Below, piece by piece: positions 1-10,596 of a DNA stretch of 64,000 bases. The notes beneath the pieces were generated by a model, which did not search any database, was not told the origin of the DNA, and worked only from the letters and a program-made list of their open reading frames with translations. The stretch lies in the NCBI GenBank assembly GCA_010093705.1, contig MU006098.1, forward strand, positions 45,981-109,980, written 5' to 3'. The first letter of the stretch is position 1. Every line of letters begins with the position of its first letter. The translations under genes were made by a program, and so were the position numbers. The stretch comes from Patellaria atrata CBS 101060. Its lineage: Eukaryota.

Positions 1-130
1 GCTACGTGCTTAATACTAGTAGATCGCGCGACTATAACTTCTTCTTTCCTTAACTTAATCTCTTTACACTGTAGTTAGGTTATACTAGTTACAATTCAAT
101 TCGATTCTCTATAACCGCTACGCCGTCACA
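1..130 (-). mobile_element. Probable start of a further LTR nested in the RIPed block
   Basis: Minus strand from 130 reads TGTGACGGCGTAGCGG, a TG-start typical of fungal gypsy LTRs. GC content is higher than in the adjacent 131-2490 block. The other end lies outside the window. Confidence 0.4.
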
Positions 131-2612
131 TTAATTATCTTTTTTAGTCCCTAATATTTTAATACTTTATATCTAATCTTATTATAGTTAAAGTAATTAT
201 CTATAAACTTTTAAATAATTATAATCTACTTTATTATTTATAATATTATAAGTAAAATAGTTTCTCTACTTTCTAATTAATATAAAATTCTATTTATTAT
301 TATTAAGGTAAAAGTTATTTTAATTAGTTTATCACGTTTTTAATTCTCTTTATAGATCTTATTAGCTTTACTTAATCTTTTTAACTTTTATATCTATATT
401 ATAACTTTATTATAATATTTCTAGAAGCTAATTTTATTATTATTTATAGTTTCCACTATTATTAACCTTAAATTATTATAAAATCTATTATAAAGTTTCT
501 CTTTCTATTAATCGCGTAATAATTTAACTTTATTAGCTAGCTAAATAAATATAGACTAGAACTTTAAAAAGTTTATTAAATAATTTTATTTTAACTTTTT
601 TAATTTATCTTTAACTTTTAGTTATTTATTTAAATCTTTATAAATCTAGTCTAAAAATCTTATTAATTTTATTAAGATTATATCGTTCTTCTTTAATTTT
701 AAGAAAAAGTATATATATTTAATTACTTTACTATTAATTTATATTTTAATATAAGTAATCTTTATTTTTTTATCTTAAAATTAATTACTATTAATATAAA
801 ATTTATTATTTATTTTACTCTTTTATTTCTTATAAATTAGCTTCTTATTATTAGTTAATTTTAATAGATTAGAGAACTTTTTTATTTTATTATTATCTTT
901 ACTTTTAAAGTTTTTAGTTAAGTCGATTATTTTAACTTAATTATTATAATTATATAATACTAATAATTCTTTATTATTAAATTTATTATTAAATTAAATA
1001 TTTTTTTAATCTAGTTTAAATTATTTAGTTTATTTCTTTAAATTATCGATCTTATTTTAAAGATATTTTATAGCTTCTTTATTCACTTAATATATTTATA
1101 GCTTTAACTATAAATTAGGCGTTATTTTATTAATAAGATTTATTATCTTTCTAAATTATATCTTTTAAACTATAAGTTTCACTTTTATATAAAGATATTT
1201 TATTATAAATTAATCTAGATTTTTAACTATCTATTTCTTTATTTTATCGATTATATTAACGTTTTAATTATCTATAATAATAGTATATTTAAGAGACTTC
1301 TCTTCTTTTATTATTTCGGGAATTTCTTTTAATAGATTCTATAAATCTATTTTTAAGATATTATTAATAATTTATTAATCGATTATTTCTAATATTAATT
1401 TATATTAATATATTTTTTCTTTTTCTTTTAATTTAATATTACTCTTTACTTCTAAATTTATAATTAACTTATTATCTATCTATTTTATTAAAATTATTAA
1501 AGATTTAACTATTTTATTTAATTTATTATAATATTTACTTTTTTAAATAATTTATATTTATTAGTCTTAATCTCTTTTAAGTACTAAATTATTATTATTA
1601 TCGATATTAATACTTTTAAATATTAAATATTTTATTATTAATAAAGCTTAATTACTTATAAATTTCTAATTAATTTAATAATTATTTATTAGTTAGACTA
1701 ATATTATACTTTAATTAAAATATTATATTATCTTTTTAAAAGCTATTAAAGATAAACTTAATCTAATATAATAATATAATATAGTTATAATAATTATATT
1801 TTAATTATCTCTATTATTAACTATTAAATATAGAGATTAAATTAAGAAATAATAATATTATAAACTAAATATTTATATATAATAGTTTTATTTTATTAAA
1901 TTTTAGTTTAACTATCTTTTATTTAATTAATTAATATTTAAAAATCTTTTCTATATTTAATTTAGTAAAGATTTCTTATAAATAAACTAAATACTTAATA
2001 TAGAAAATATAAGATTAATATTATAATATATTATTATAAATATTATATTTAAAATTATTATATATTTTTTTATTATATAATAATTATAATATAATAATTA
2101 TAATATTTTAATAAAAATTTATATTTATTAAATTAAAATAAAATATATTTAATTTTTTTATTTATTATAATTAATTATTAAAATAAATTTAATAAAATAA
2201 TTAAATATTTATAATAATAATTTTTTAAATTAATAATATAATTTTTTAATTTTTTAATAATATTTATAATAAAATAAAATATATTATATAAAAATAATAT
2301 TATAAATAAATTTAAATTTAAATTTATAATATTTAAATTTATAAATAAAATTAATAATAAAAATAATTATTAAAAATATAAATATATATAATAAAAAGTA
2401 TTTTTAAATATTTCTTTTTTTATAATCTATTTTATAATAATTCTTTAATTAATTTAATTATTTAGTTATTTCCTATAACTAAATAACTAAAACGTTCGAA
2501 CGTCCAAGTCACGTGATTCCGGTTGCTCACGCTACCCGTATTTTCTCCGAGTGGTCCTTCTCTCTTCCCCTCACTCGTCAACTGCGTGTCCTTACAACTT
2601 GTGGCAGTAACA
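131..2612 (-). mobile_element. RIP-degraded LTR retrotransposon (Ty3/gypsy-like), 5' LTR ~2104-2612 plus degraded interior
   Basis: Extremely AT-rich, TpA-rich and ORF-less. Minus strand from 2612 reads TGTTACTGCCAC...GAGAGAAGGACCAC...TCACGTGA, homologous to the 5' end of the solo LTR at 8596. Fully C>T/G>A-converted versions of LTR motifs are visible at 2223-2244 and 2113-2126. The LTR 3' boundary is approximate. Confidence 0.8.
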
Positions 2613-2903
2613 TTGTCTCTACTGTGAAGCCCTTGAGAGAGTTAAGGGGAAGCAAGTTGTATCGTCAACTTGAAGTGCAACCTTTACACGTTCTATCACG
2701 AAGCGGAAACCCAACCCTTCCTAGAAGGAGGTCTCTCGTCTGTGAGAAACCTTGCGGGTGTTTATACCTATCTGGTTCCGGCTTAGAGAAGTATAAACTC
2801 CCTTCGTTAACACCACGAGTTTAAACCGTACACGGGCCGCACAGTCTATCCGGGTGCACGTACCACAAGCACAAGCTACCCGATAACCCGAGATCTTGTC
2901 ACA
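2613..2903 (+). mobile_element. 3' part of an LTR, interrupted by the minus-strand element
   Basis: Shares AGCAAGTTGTATCGTCAACTTGAAGTGC, CTATCAC, GTGAGAA and AAGTATARACTCCC blocks with the 3' half of the solo LTR (8955-9147). Ends in TGTCACA. Confidence 0.75.
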
Positions 2904-2989
2904 GAAGTCAATAAGCCAGCCTGTACATTTCTACCATCCCAACTCCTCTATCAGCTCAAACCTCCTCCAACATCCTACAAACCTCCAGA

Positions 2990-3698
2990 ATGCCGCAATC
3001 AACCTCAACTATAACCCCCATAACCTCCTCCTCCCACCTCTCCAAGCTCCTAACCTCAAACACCTATCTAGTCATCGACTTCTACGCCGACTGGTGCGGG
3101 CCTTGCAAGACCATCGCGCCCATCTACAACCAGCTCGCCACCGAACACCACAAGCCCGGCAAGATACTCTTCACGAAAGTTGATGTTGATAGCCAGCAAG
3201 AGATCAGTAGGAAGTATGGGGTCAGCGCGTACGTAACCCATCTTTAACCCGTCCCCGTACTCCCAGGCGCAAAGCAGCAGCTAATAGTAGAGGGTTTCGC
3301 TTTGTAGTATGCCTACATTTCTCATCCTCAAGAACGGCAGTGTCGTAAACACAATCCGCGGCGCCGATCCCTCGTCCCTGCGCTCCGCCGTAGTCCGCGC
3401 TGCCTCGGATGCAGCGCGCGGTCCCGCTTCTTCCTCTTTCAGCTTTTCGTCGTCGAAGGGACACGTCCTGGGGACATCGGCTGCTGACTCGAGACCGGTC
3501 AGCACGTCCGCCTTCACGTTGCCGGCTATACCTGGGCTGTCCGGGCCAGCGTCGCAAGGAGGTGTACTGGGGACTGCTGTGCGCTTTGTTGGACTATATC
3601 TTACGAGTTTGTTCGCTTTGGATGCGTATGCTGCGGCTGAGCAGAGTCAGTTTGCGGTAAAGAAGGGGGGTAGTGTTGGGTTCAGGAGTGTGAGATAG
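2990..3698 (+). CDS. Thioredoxin with C-terminal low-complexity/hydrophobic extension (intron 3229-3307)
   Basis: DFYADWCGPCK active site and KVDVD. A GTACGT...TTGTAG intron joins in frame to MPTFLILKNG. Confidence 0.92.
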
Positions 3699-3898
3699 GA
3701 GCGGGGCGAGAGTACTCTACGTGTGGGATGAGCTATGATGACCTCAATATAACATTGGAACCAGGCGCTCAAGAAGAATGTTGTATGATTAAAGTGAATG
3801 CATGGACTGTTGGCGTTCAAATTCCTATTTACCACTCAACTATGAGTCTTGTTCAAATTCCTGAAATATCGGTCTATATGCATGAAAATCTATTGGTA

Positions 3899-5258
3899 TC
3901 ATGATAGTTTCTTGCTCCCCGTAGCTCCATTTGCTCTCAAAGCTGCTTCTCTCTTCGCCTTCTCCTTTGCCATCTTTTCTCGCCTCTGGATGACTCCCTC
4001 TGCGCCAATACCACCAAACACCAAGCCGACACCCAACCACTGCATTCCTGAAATATGGTGCCCGAACCACAACACAGATAGCACCATAGTAAGCATCTTG
4101 CGTGTTACGGTAACAGTGACCAGCATAAGGGAGGAAAAATGCTCTAAAGCGTAAACTATGAAGTGTCAGTATTAAGAATATTAGGAGTAACAGTCCCATA
4201 GTAAGACTTACAAATAAACACCTGCCCGACAGCTCCACAAGCTGCGAAACCGAGGACATCCCACCCAACCTTAGGGTACGTCGTCACAAAGTCCAGCGCT
4301 TGTTGCAACTCGCCCCCTTTAGTCACCATGCCTAAGTAATTCCCTAATCCGGTACCCGAGATATACGGACTGAGAAGCAGATAACTCGTCGTAAGCAATG
4401 TGCTCATGATATTCTGGGCGCACATCATCTGTGGTCCCGTGTATGGCCTGTAAGCGCCAAAAATGTAATCCTGGGTCGAGTTGGTCAAGCCGTCGAATAG
4501 GAGATTGATACCGAGGAGTAACAGACCCCAGGCACTGCTCTGCTCGGCGCCCTTCTTGGACTTCTTTGACGATGAAGGATGATGTAGGGTGAAGACTGCA
4601 ACGCCTAGGGTTACCAGCATCACAACGCCGTACTTGTACAGAGGGTACCTCTTGCGGAAAATGGTGATGTGAAGTGCCATAACCGGTAACAATTTACAGC
4701 TCTTCGCGAGGATGAATGTGATGTAGTCTATATGACTTAAACTAGCATAGCCGAAGGGGCTGGCTAAGCTACTCGTAACGGCGACAAGAGTGAGGGGAAT
4801 TAGGATGGCACGGGTAGGGAAGATTGCGGGAGTTCGGCGGCCTTTGGGTGTCGAGCTACGAAGATAGATATATCCGGAAATAGCGGCGAAAGCGGACTGA
4901 ATGGTATTCAGGAACACGGGATATGTGAATTTCTGAGGTTTGGAGGATGGGCCGTAGGATGTTGTCGTTATACGTTCTTGGAGGACTGCCCACGTAAGAC
5001 TAGGATGGCAAAATCAGCTACAGCGATACATAATGATATTAAAACTATATTCAATCGGTCAATTACATACAAAGAAGCGTAAATTCCTCCCACGCATATT
5101 AGGAGTTGTAGTAGCCCTGCTTGTTTCGTGGAAGAATATGCGGTTGCTACACTAGAACCTAATCCCACATTCCGACTATTAGCAGTTCTGTCTCCATTGG
5201 AAGTCTTGAAGGTCTCTGAAGGCTCGCGCTGCATTGCTGGACTTTTAACCCGTGCCAT
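3899..5258 (-). CDS. HUT1: UDP-galactose transporter homolog (SLC35B1/Hut1), 2 introns
   Basis: GGIYASF/LTWAVLQERIT, LAKSCKLLPVM, FDGLTNSTQD and TVTVTRKMLT motifs. Multiple TM helices; C-terminal KKLS (dilysine-type ER retrieval signal). Confidence 0.92.
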
Positions 5259-5643
5259 TCCAAAAGGTAAAGTATGAATTCAATCAACTAGATGCATGAG
5301 TATCCGAAGTAATCCGCAAAAAAAAAGAATACAGGAAGGAGAATCCTTATGTAGGAGAGATTTAGTCCAGATATGAAAGGACTTATAGAATTGCCACGCG
5401 GTTTGTTTAACAAAAGGATTTTGAATTTAACATTTTGAGATCTGGCATCATCAATAAAGGAACGGGATGACGGAGTTAAAGGTGAAGAGCATCAGACAGG
5501 GGTAAGGCAAGCCGCTAGAGCTAATGAGGTAGTTCCCGTCTAATAAAAGCCACGATGCCGCATAACAAACTCGATTGATAGAACACATTTTTCTACGCAG
5601 CACAAAGATCCCCTAAGTCGGAAAATGGACGTGATGAGATCTA

Positions 5644-6830
5644 CTACTTGACATATTTAGCTTCCTGATCCTGCTCCTTGGTTCTTTCACGTTCATACAA
5701 CTCTTCCACCATCTTATGCCGGAGTACTGCATGATCCCATTCCCGGTATTCCCCCTGACGCTTGTCGGCAAAGGCCTCATAGATTCTAGCAACATTTCGC
5801 GAAAACAGCGGAAGTGTATCAAACACGTCTGTATCGATAACAATGTCCTCTACCCTGCCACTACCATGATCATGCACTGCAATCGACAAAGACTCATCTC
5901 CGATGTGGAGGTAAGAATTGGGACCGGAGACCTTGATTTCCCCTTTCTCACCATAAATTGTCCAATTCAAACCTTCTTTCCCGTCGAAGCCAGCACCGCC
6001 GTGAAGGTGGTAGGAGAGTAGAGTTCCTGCTTTGGTATGGCCTTGAATCAAGACCTGGTCGTGTGCAGTACGCTGAGTCGTTCCGACGACTTGACCAGAA
6101 TGATCCAGCAGCTGTATTTCGGGGCGCTTGACTTCGATGATAGAGTTAAAAGACTCCAACTCATCCAGGACACAAAGAATTGCCTCTAGCGCTAGAATAC
6201 GAAGTAATCAGTTAGTGTCTGAGGATTAAGCTTTTAAGGAGGTATATACTAACAATGCATTGAATAGATAGTCACCATATTGGCTCCGATTTCGATATCG
6301 TTACAGTAGGCTAGGTATTCAGCTTCTGTGAGACCAAAGAACCCGGGATTCCCAGAGAAGGTACTACTTAGTACTTTCCCTATCTGACCATCGCCTATAA
6401 CCTTCTTAATCTTCCTCAAGTATGGTGCCTGGATCGACTGGAGTCCAACCATTGTGCGAAGGTTTTTGTCTTTCCGGAGATCTTCTAGCGCTTCCGCTTC
6501 CTTTAGACTTTTCGCAAGGGGCCATTCGCAGTAGACATCCTTCCCAGCTTTGAGAGCAGGGAGTATCGTCTCGTAGTGTTTATCCACCCTTACAGCGCAG
6601 ACAATCAGATCTACATCTTGATCCCCAGCTAGTTCAGCAGGTTCACCATATGCTTTGGTCGAAGAAGGGAGCTCATGAGCTCTGATAGCAGCTTGAGCTT
6701 TCTCTAAGGTGGAATTGCAAAGAGCTACGATTTCGTACTTTGAGCTGGATTTGAGATACGGCAAGTGGGCCCACGTAGACCAGCTTTGAGATGAAGAGAG
6801 TCCAATGAATCCGATACGGATAGGAGACAT
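5644..6830 (-). CDS. Gfo/Idh/MocA family oxidoreductase (Gal80-like), intron 6192-6253
   Basis: N-terminal Rossmann fold IRIGFIGLS, KDVYCEWPLA motif and IYGEKGEI. The intron restores a continuous frame. Confidence 0.88.
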
Positions 6831-7457
6831 GCCGACGAGATATATAGACTAAAACTGATAACAAAAATTTAGAATCTTAAGGATCGAGTTTAGGAAAAAA
6901 TTACTTGGATATTGAAAGGAAACTGGTATGTATATTCAGTGAATAAAATCATTTTTATATTACGTGTGTCGCAACACTTTTCGCTTTCCCAGAGTGGGAT
7001 TAATAATTCCGCTGCGGAACTCCACGTCTACGTCGTGGGGCTACTACTTGTTCAGTTCACATTGGATCATCATAGAACCACTTCAGTGTGAGGAACTCCG
7101 ATAGAAATTTGTTCGATTTGACATCAAAGCAGTGCTTTCGGGGCGTTTTGTAATGTTGCAAGCCATCGAGATGTTGTGTTTCATCAGCTTAAGGCCTACT
7201 ATGGGAAATCAGCAAGTATATGCATCAAAAAGATCTCCCCTAAGTGACTTCTGTCATAGTCTCAAACCTAATTGTTGCCTAAAATAAATGTGGTCGCTGT
7301 CATTGCAGGATGTTGGAAGTAGAGGTTATGAAGGTTGTGGAGAAGAACAAAAAGGCCTTTTGAGAGTCCATAGGAAGCAATTACCGATAAATTTATAAAG
7401 TAACCATTCAAAAAGAAAATACAACCAAAATGGTATGCAAAATTTGCAAAATTTAAT

Positions 7458-7549
7458 CGACATGACCAGGATTTGAACCTGGGCCTCCGAAGAGATGTGA
7501 TAACCTAGACATTCTAGTCACACGCATTAGACCACTCTGCCATCATGCC
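7458..7549 (-). tRNA. tRNA-Ser(AGA) with 10-nt intron (7502-7511)
   Basis: Minus strand: GGCATGA TGGCAGAGTGGTCTAATGCG TGTGA CT AGA A [TGTCTAGGTT] A TCACA TCTCTTCGGAGG CCCAGGTTCAAATCCTGG TCATGTC G. Acceptor, D, anticodon, long variable and T arms are present; discriminator is G. Confidence 0.93.
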
Positions 7550-7727
7550 TTAATGTGAATTGTTTCTCGGCCAAAAGTATATAACTAGTAATTTACCTGC
7601 CAAAAGCACTACTAGTATGAAACTAAGCTCTTTTTAGTTAAGCGAGCAATTACTCGAGCTCTCATTGGTTGAAAGATTCATCCTTGAGAGAGCATAATTC
7701 TTCTCGCATCTACGGAGTACTAACACC

Positions 7728-8322
7728 TCAATTGAGATACAAATATATGAAGCATGTATTTTTATTTTTGAGACCAATTGCTCTATTCATTAAACTTTCC
7801 CGTCCATTAAATCACCATATTCCTCTCCAGCTTGAACCCAACCAGTGATTCCTCCAGTAAGTGCAAGACTAGAAATGCCATCCACACCAGAATCCTCGAC
7901 CAAATCTGCGAACCACACTGCTGCACGAGATCCGCGACCTCTGGAAGAGCCTCCGTTGCATTAGTGAACTCAAAAATACTATTAGGTCTAATAACATACC
8001 GCAATACCATATCACAGTATCAATCTTAGCCTTCGTACATAGATTTAACAGAGTTGAGAGACTCGAATAGAGAGTCTGAGCGGGAAGATTGATAGATCCT
8101 TTGATTGTGGGACCCTTGATACATTACTTTACAGAGCTCTAGGTGGGTTTTAAGGGAAAGTAGTACTTCGTGGTCATTTCTGCGCAAATCAATGAGTATG
8201 AAGTCAATCCCAGCCTTTTGACCGTTGCGTATACGTTCTAAGAGCTCTTCCCGTGATATCTGAGACGGCGACTCGTGCCGCGGTTTTGGGTATGCATCAT
8301 ACCAGGCAGATGGACTAGTCAT
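7728..8322 (-). CDS. Arsenate reductase (Acr2/Cdc25-type rhodanese fold), 2 introns; possibly partly decayed
   Basis: Spliced product contains LIDLRRNDHE-GPTIKGSINLPAQTLY...VIWYCGSSRGRGSRAA (C-X5-R loop)...LTGGITGW. The second acceptor is an atypical GAG and the C-terminus looks divergent. Confidence 0.82.
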
Positions 8323-8595
8323 TTGGTCTAAAACCTGTGATACTCCTCTAAAATCCTGTTAAAAGGCTCAGGGGCCGAAATTTAGTCACAACTTTGAGTC
8401 TTAGATCCTAATAACCGCGAGAAAAGTAGATGTACAAGATAAGAAGTAATATGGCTACTAATATATACTCGTCCGTTAAATAGATATAGTACTATACTTC
8501 CAGGTTTGTCACTGCCCCGCATTGATTGGTTCAAAGCTGATGGCCTATTTTGTTTAAACCCTAGTACCAAAGAACCTTTTTAGGATTGACCAAGA

Positions 8596-9147
8596 TGTTA
8601 CAGCCACAGATCGTAGGAAGCATGTAGTTGGCAAGTGGGGGAGAGAGAAGGACCACACGGCACATTTACGGGGAAAAGTAACAGTGTCAGGGTCACGTGA
8701 TGTGGACGCAGTGGACGCAGTGGACGCAGTGGACGCAGTGGACGCAGAGGAAGACGTTACGTCCAGAACGTCCACCACGTCCAAAAGTGTGAAGTGACTA
8801 AATTGACTATGGAGGATAGGAATATTTAAGGACGGTCTTTCCCTCATGTATTTAGATTCTTCGTAGTTATTCTTACCATCAATCTTACCTATAGATTTGG
8901 ATGTTACGGTTTTGAACTTGACTTCGCTTATCACGCTGTTTCCATACAGTACGTCTTGTCTCATTGTGAGCATAACCTGAAGTCAAGGAGTCAGCAAGTT
9001 GTATCGTCAACTTGAAGTGCCTTTGTTATACGTATCCTATCACTTTGCCAAACCTACCCTAGTGGTTGACCACGTTAAGTGAGAAGCAAGGCGCGTTTCT
9101 AGACTTACCCTGTTCTGTCTCGATAAGTATAGACTCCCGTTGTAACA
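8596..9147 (+). mobile_element. Solo LTR (552 bp) with 5-bp target-site duplication CAAGA
   Basis: Termini TGTTACA...TGTAACA form a perfect 7-bp inverted repeat. Flanked by CAAGA at 8591-8595 and 9148-9152. Homologous to the LTR pieces at 2491-2612 and 2613-2810. Orientation is inferred. Confidence 0.93.
8702..8746 (+). repeat. Tandem repeat (GTGGACGCA)x5 inside the solo LTR
   Basis: Five exact 9-bp units read directly. Confidence 0.95.
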
Positions 9148-9510
9148 CAAGATCAATCGCACAGGAGTCAACAGGAAGTGAAAAAGACAATTCCAGAAAC
9201 ACTGCGTACTCTCACGTTTTTCTTTTCTCTGAATCTGACCTCTAGATGCGAGTGGTTACCTTACTGCAAGTTGCTATCTTTAACAACCAATGAAGAACAC
9301 GGAATCCTGTCATACGAATAGACTCTTATTTTCTATATGGTCTCAAGCTAAGTACGGCGGGCGTCATTCATATGTCTTCGACTATCCTATCACCACCTTA
9401 AGAACAAGTGTACAATACAGTAGTTGAGGAATCCCGTGATAGAGGAAACGGTATGTTAACTGTACAGCAAGGATCGTAACTGAAGATTCTTTTCCCTCTG
9501 GAGCCCCTAA

Positions 9511-10219
9511 TCACTTATTGTTCCGACTGATATGATCTAACAACGGAAACAGAAGTTGGTTATCGACGCGGCACCCTTCACCGGTAGTCATATCTGTCCA
9601 GTGAAAACCTGGGTTCAGCCATTTTCAACAAGCTCTTTTGGAAAGTTTCGTGAATTGAATTGATGGATAAGTATGTATGTCAGACTACATAATGTAGTCG
9701 ATGGGTTTAGAGACGCTGTACCAGCTTCCGATACGGCATTGTGATCAAGTTAGTTTACACTATTGCACAGTGTTCGGCCTTGCTTTGGATCTTCTTTATA
9801 GCAGTCATCATTACGTGATTGGCCGGCTAGATCGTTGTCCGGAATTTCCATCGAAATATTGACTATTGAGTCAAACGATGAAGGTGGTAATACATGGGAC
9901 CTAGACGCTGTAAGGAACACCGATTCGATATTAGGGAATCCAGGCGTTGCGTTGAACATAGAAAAATAAGCTCCGCTCTCCATACCCTTCTTCAGACGGC
10001 ATAGCTAGCGGAATATTCGTTCTCAGCTGTGCTGGTAAGATTTGCTGCACATAGGGCTACATTTTCTGATCGAAGCTCTGCCAGTCGTTTTTTGGCAACA
10101 CTGAGCCGTTCCTCAAGCGTAGTAATGTATTCGCGGCGTCCTTGACGATGTCGACGCTGATTGTTTCGCACTCGCACGAGCGTATGCTGAGGCGTTTTGA
10201 ATGTTGTAGTGCCAGTCAT
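9511..10219 (-). pseudogene. Disrupted fungal bZIP transcription factor of the arsenic cluster
   Basis: Basic region RVRNNQRRHRQGRREYITTLEERL plus zipper, then a stop at 9992-9994 with a frame change. In-frame TAA at 9750-9752. C-terminal TTLCSLTYILIHQFN and, after a 1-nt shift at the 9622-9625 homopolymer, WLNPGF...GEGCRVDNQLLFPLLDHIS. Confidence 0.78.
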
Positions 10220-10596
10220 CTTTTTATTCAGTAGGTAATATGTTGCTATTTGTGTAGGTGAGGGGAACATCAGCTTAGAAGCACCAGTTAAAGCATTTTT
10301 TGGAGGTATGATTAAACGAGGGGCTATCGATTTGTCACTGTGATCCATTTTTCAATTGGTTAAAACAGACTGGGTTATGTTAAGCTATTGGTCTGGGCGA
10401 TACGTCACCACTGCATTAGACATGTAAATAGTTATCAGAAACGATTTTGAAATATACCTTATGCCAATAACCGTAATGAAGTTTGACTGGTCGCCTTTGT
10501 CCTAGTTCTCTATATATTTAGCTTCATACAGCCCTTCTGGCCTCCAGGATAATCTTTTTTGTTCGAAAGCGGAGCTTGCATAGAGCCATCGGACCT

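Noticed and set aside
2513..2824. 103-aa ORF
   Set aside because: Spans the junction of two LTRs; not protein-like.
6997..7010. GGATTAATAATTCC as a Yap8-type site upstream of the Gfo/Idh/MocA gene
   Set aside because: Several mismatches to TGATTAATAATCA in an AT-rich promoter; not enough to link this gene to the arsenic cluster.
8702..8746. CRISPR-like array
   Set aside because: Simple tandem repeat without spacers in a eukaryotic LTR.
8554..8973. 139-aa ORF with ASTAST repeats
   Set aside because: Antisense translation of the solo LTR and its 9-bp tandem repeat.
9064..9082. Resemblance of GTGGTTGACCACGTTAAG to a pistol ribozyme 5' segment
   Set aside because: The pseudoknot loop and downstream elements are missing, and it is not conserved in the related LTR.
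7458..9147. tRNA-targeted integration of the LTR or island
   Set aside because: The LTR is about 1 kb from the tRNA with a gene in between, and no duplicated tRNA fragment was found.
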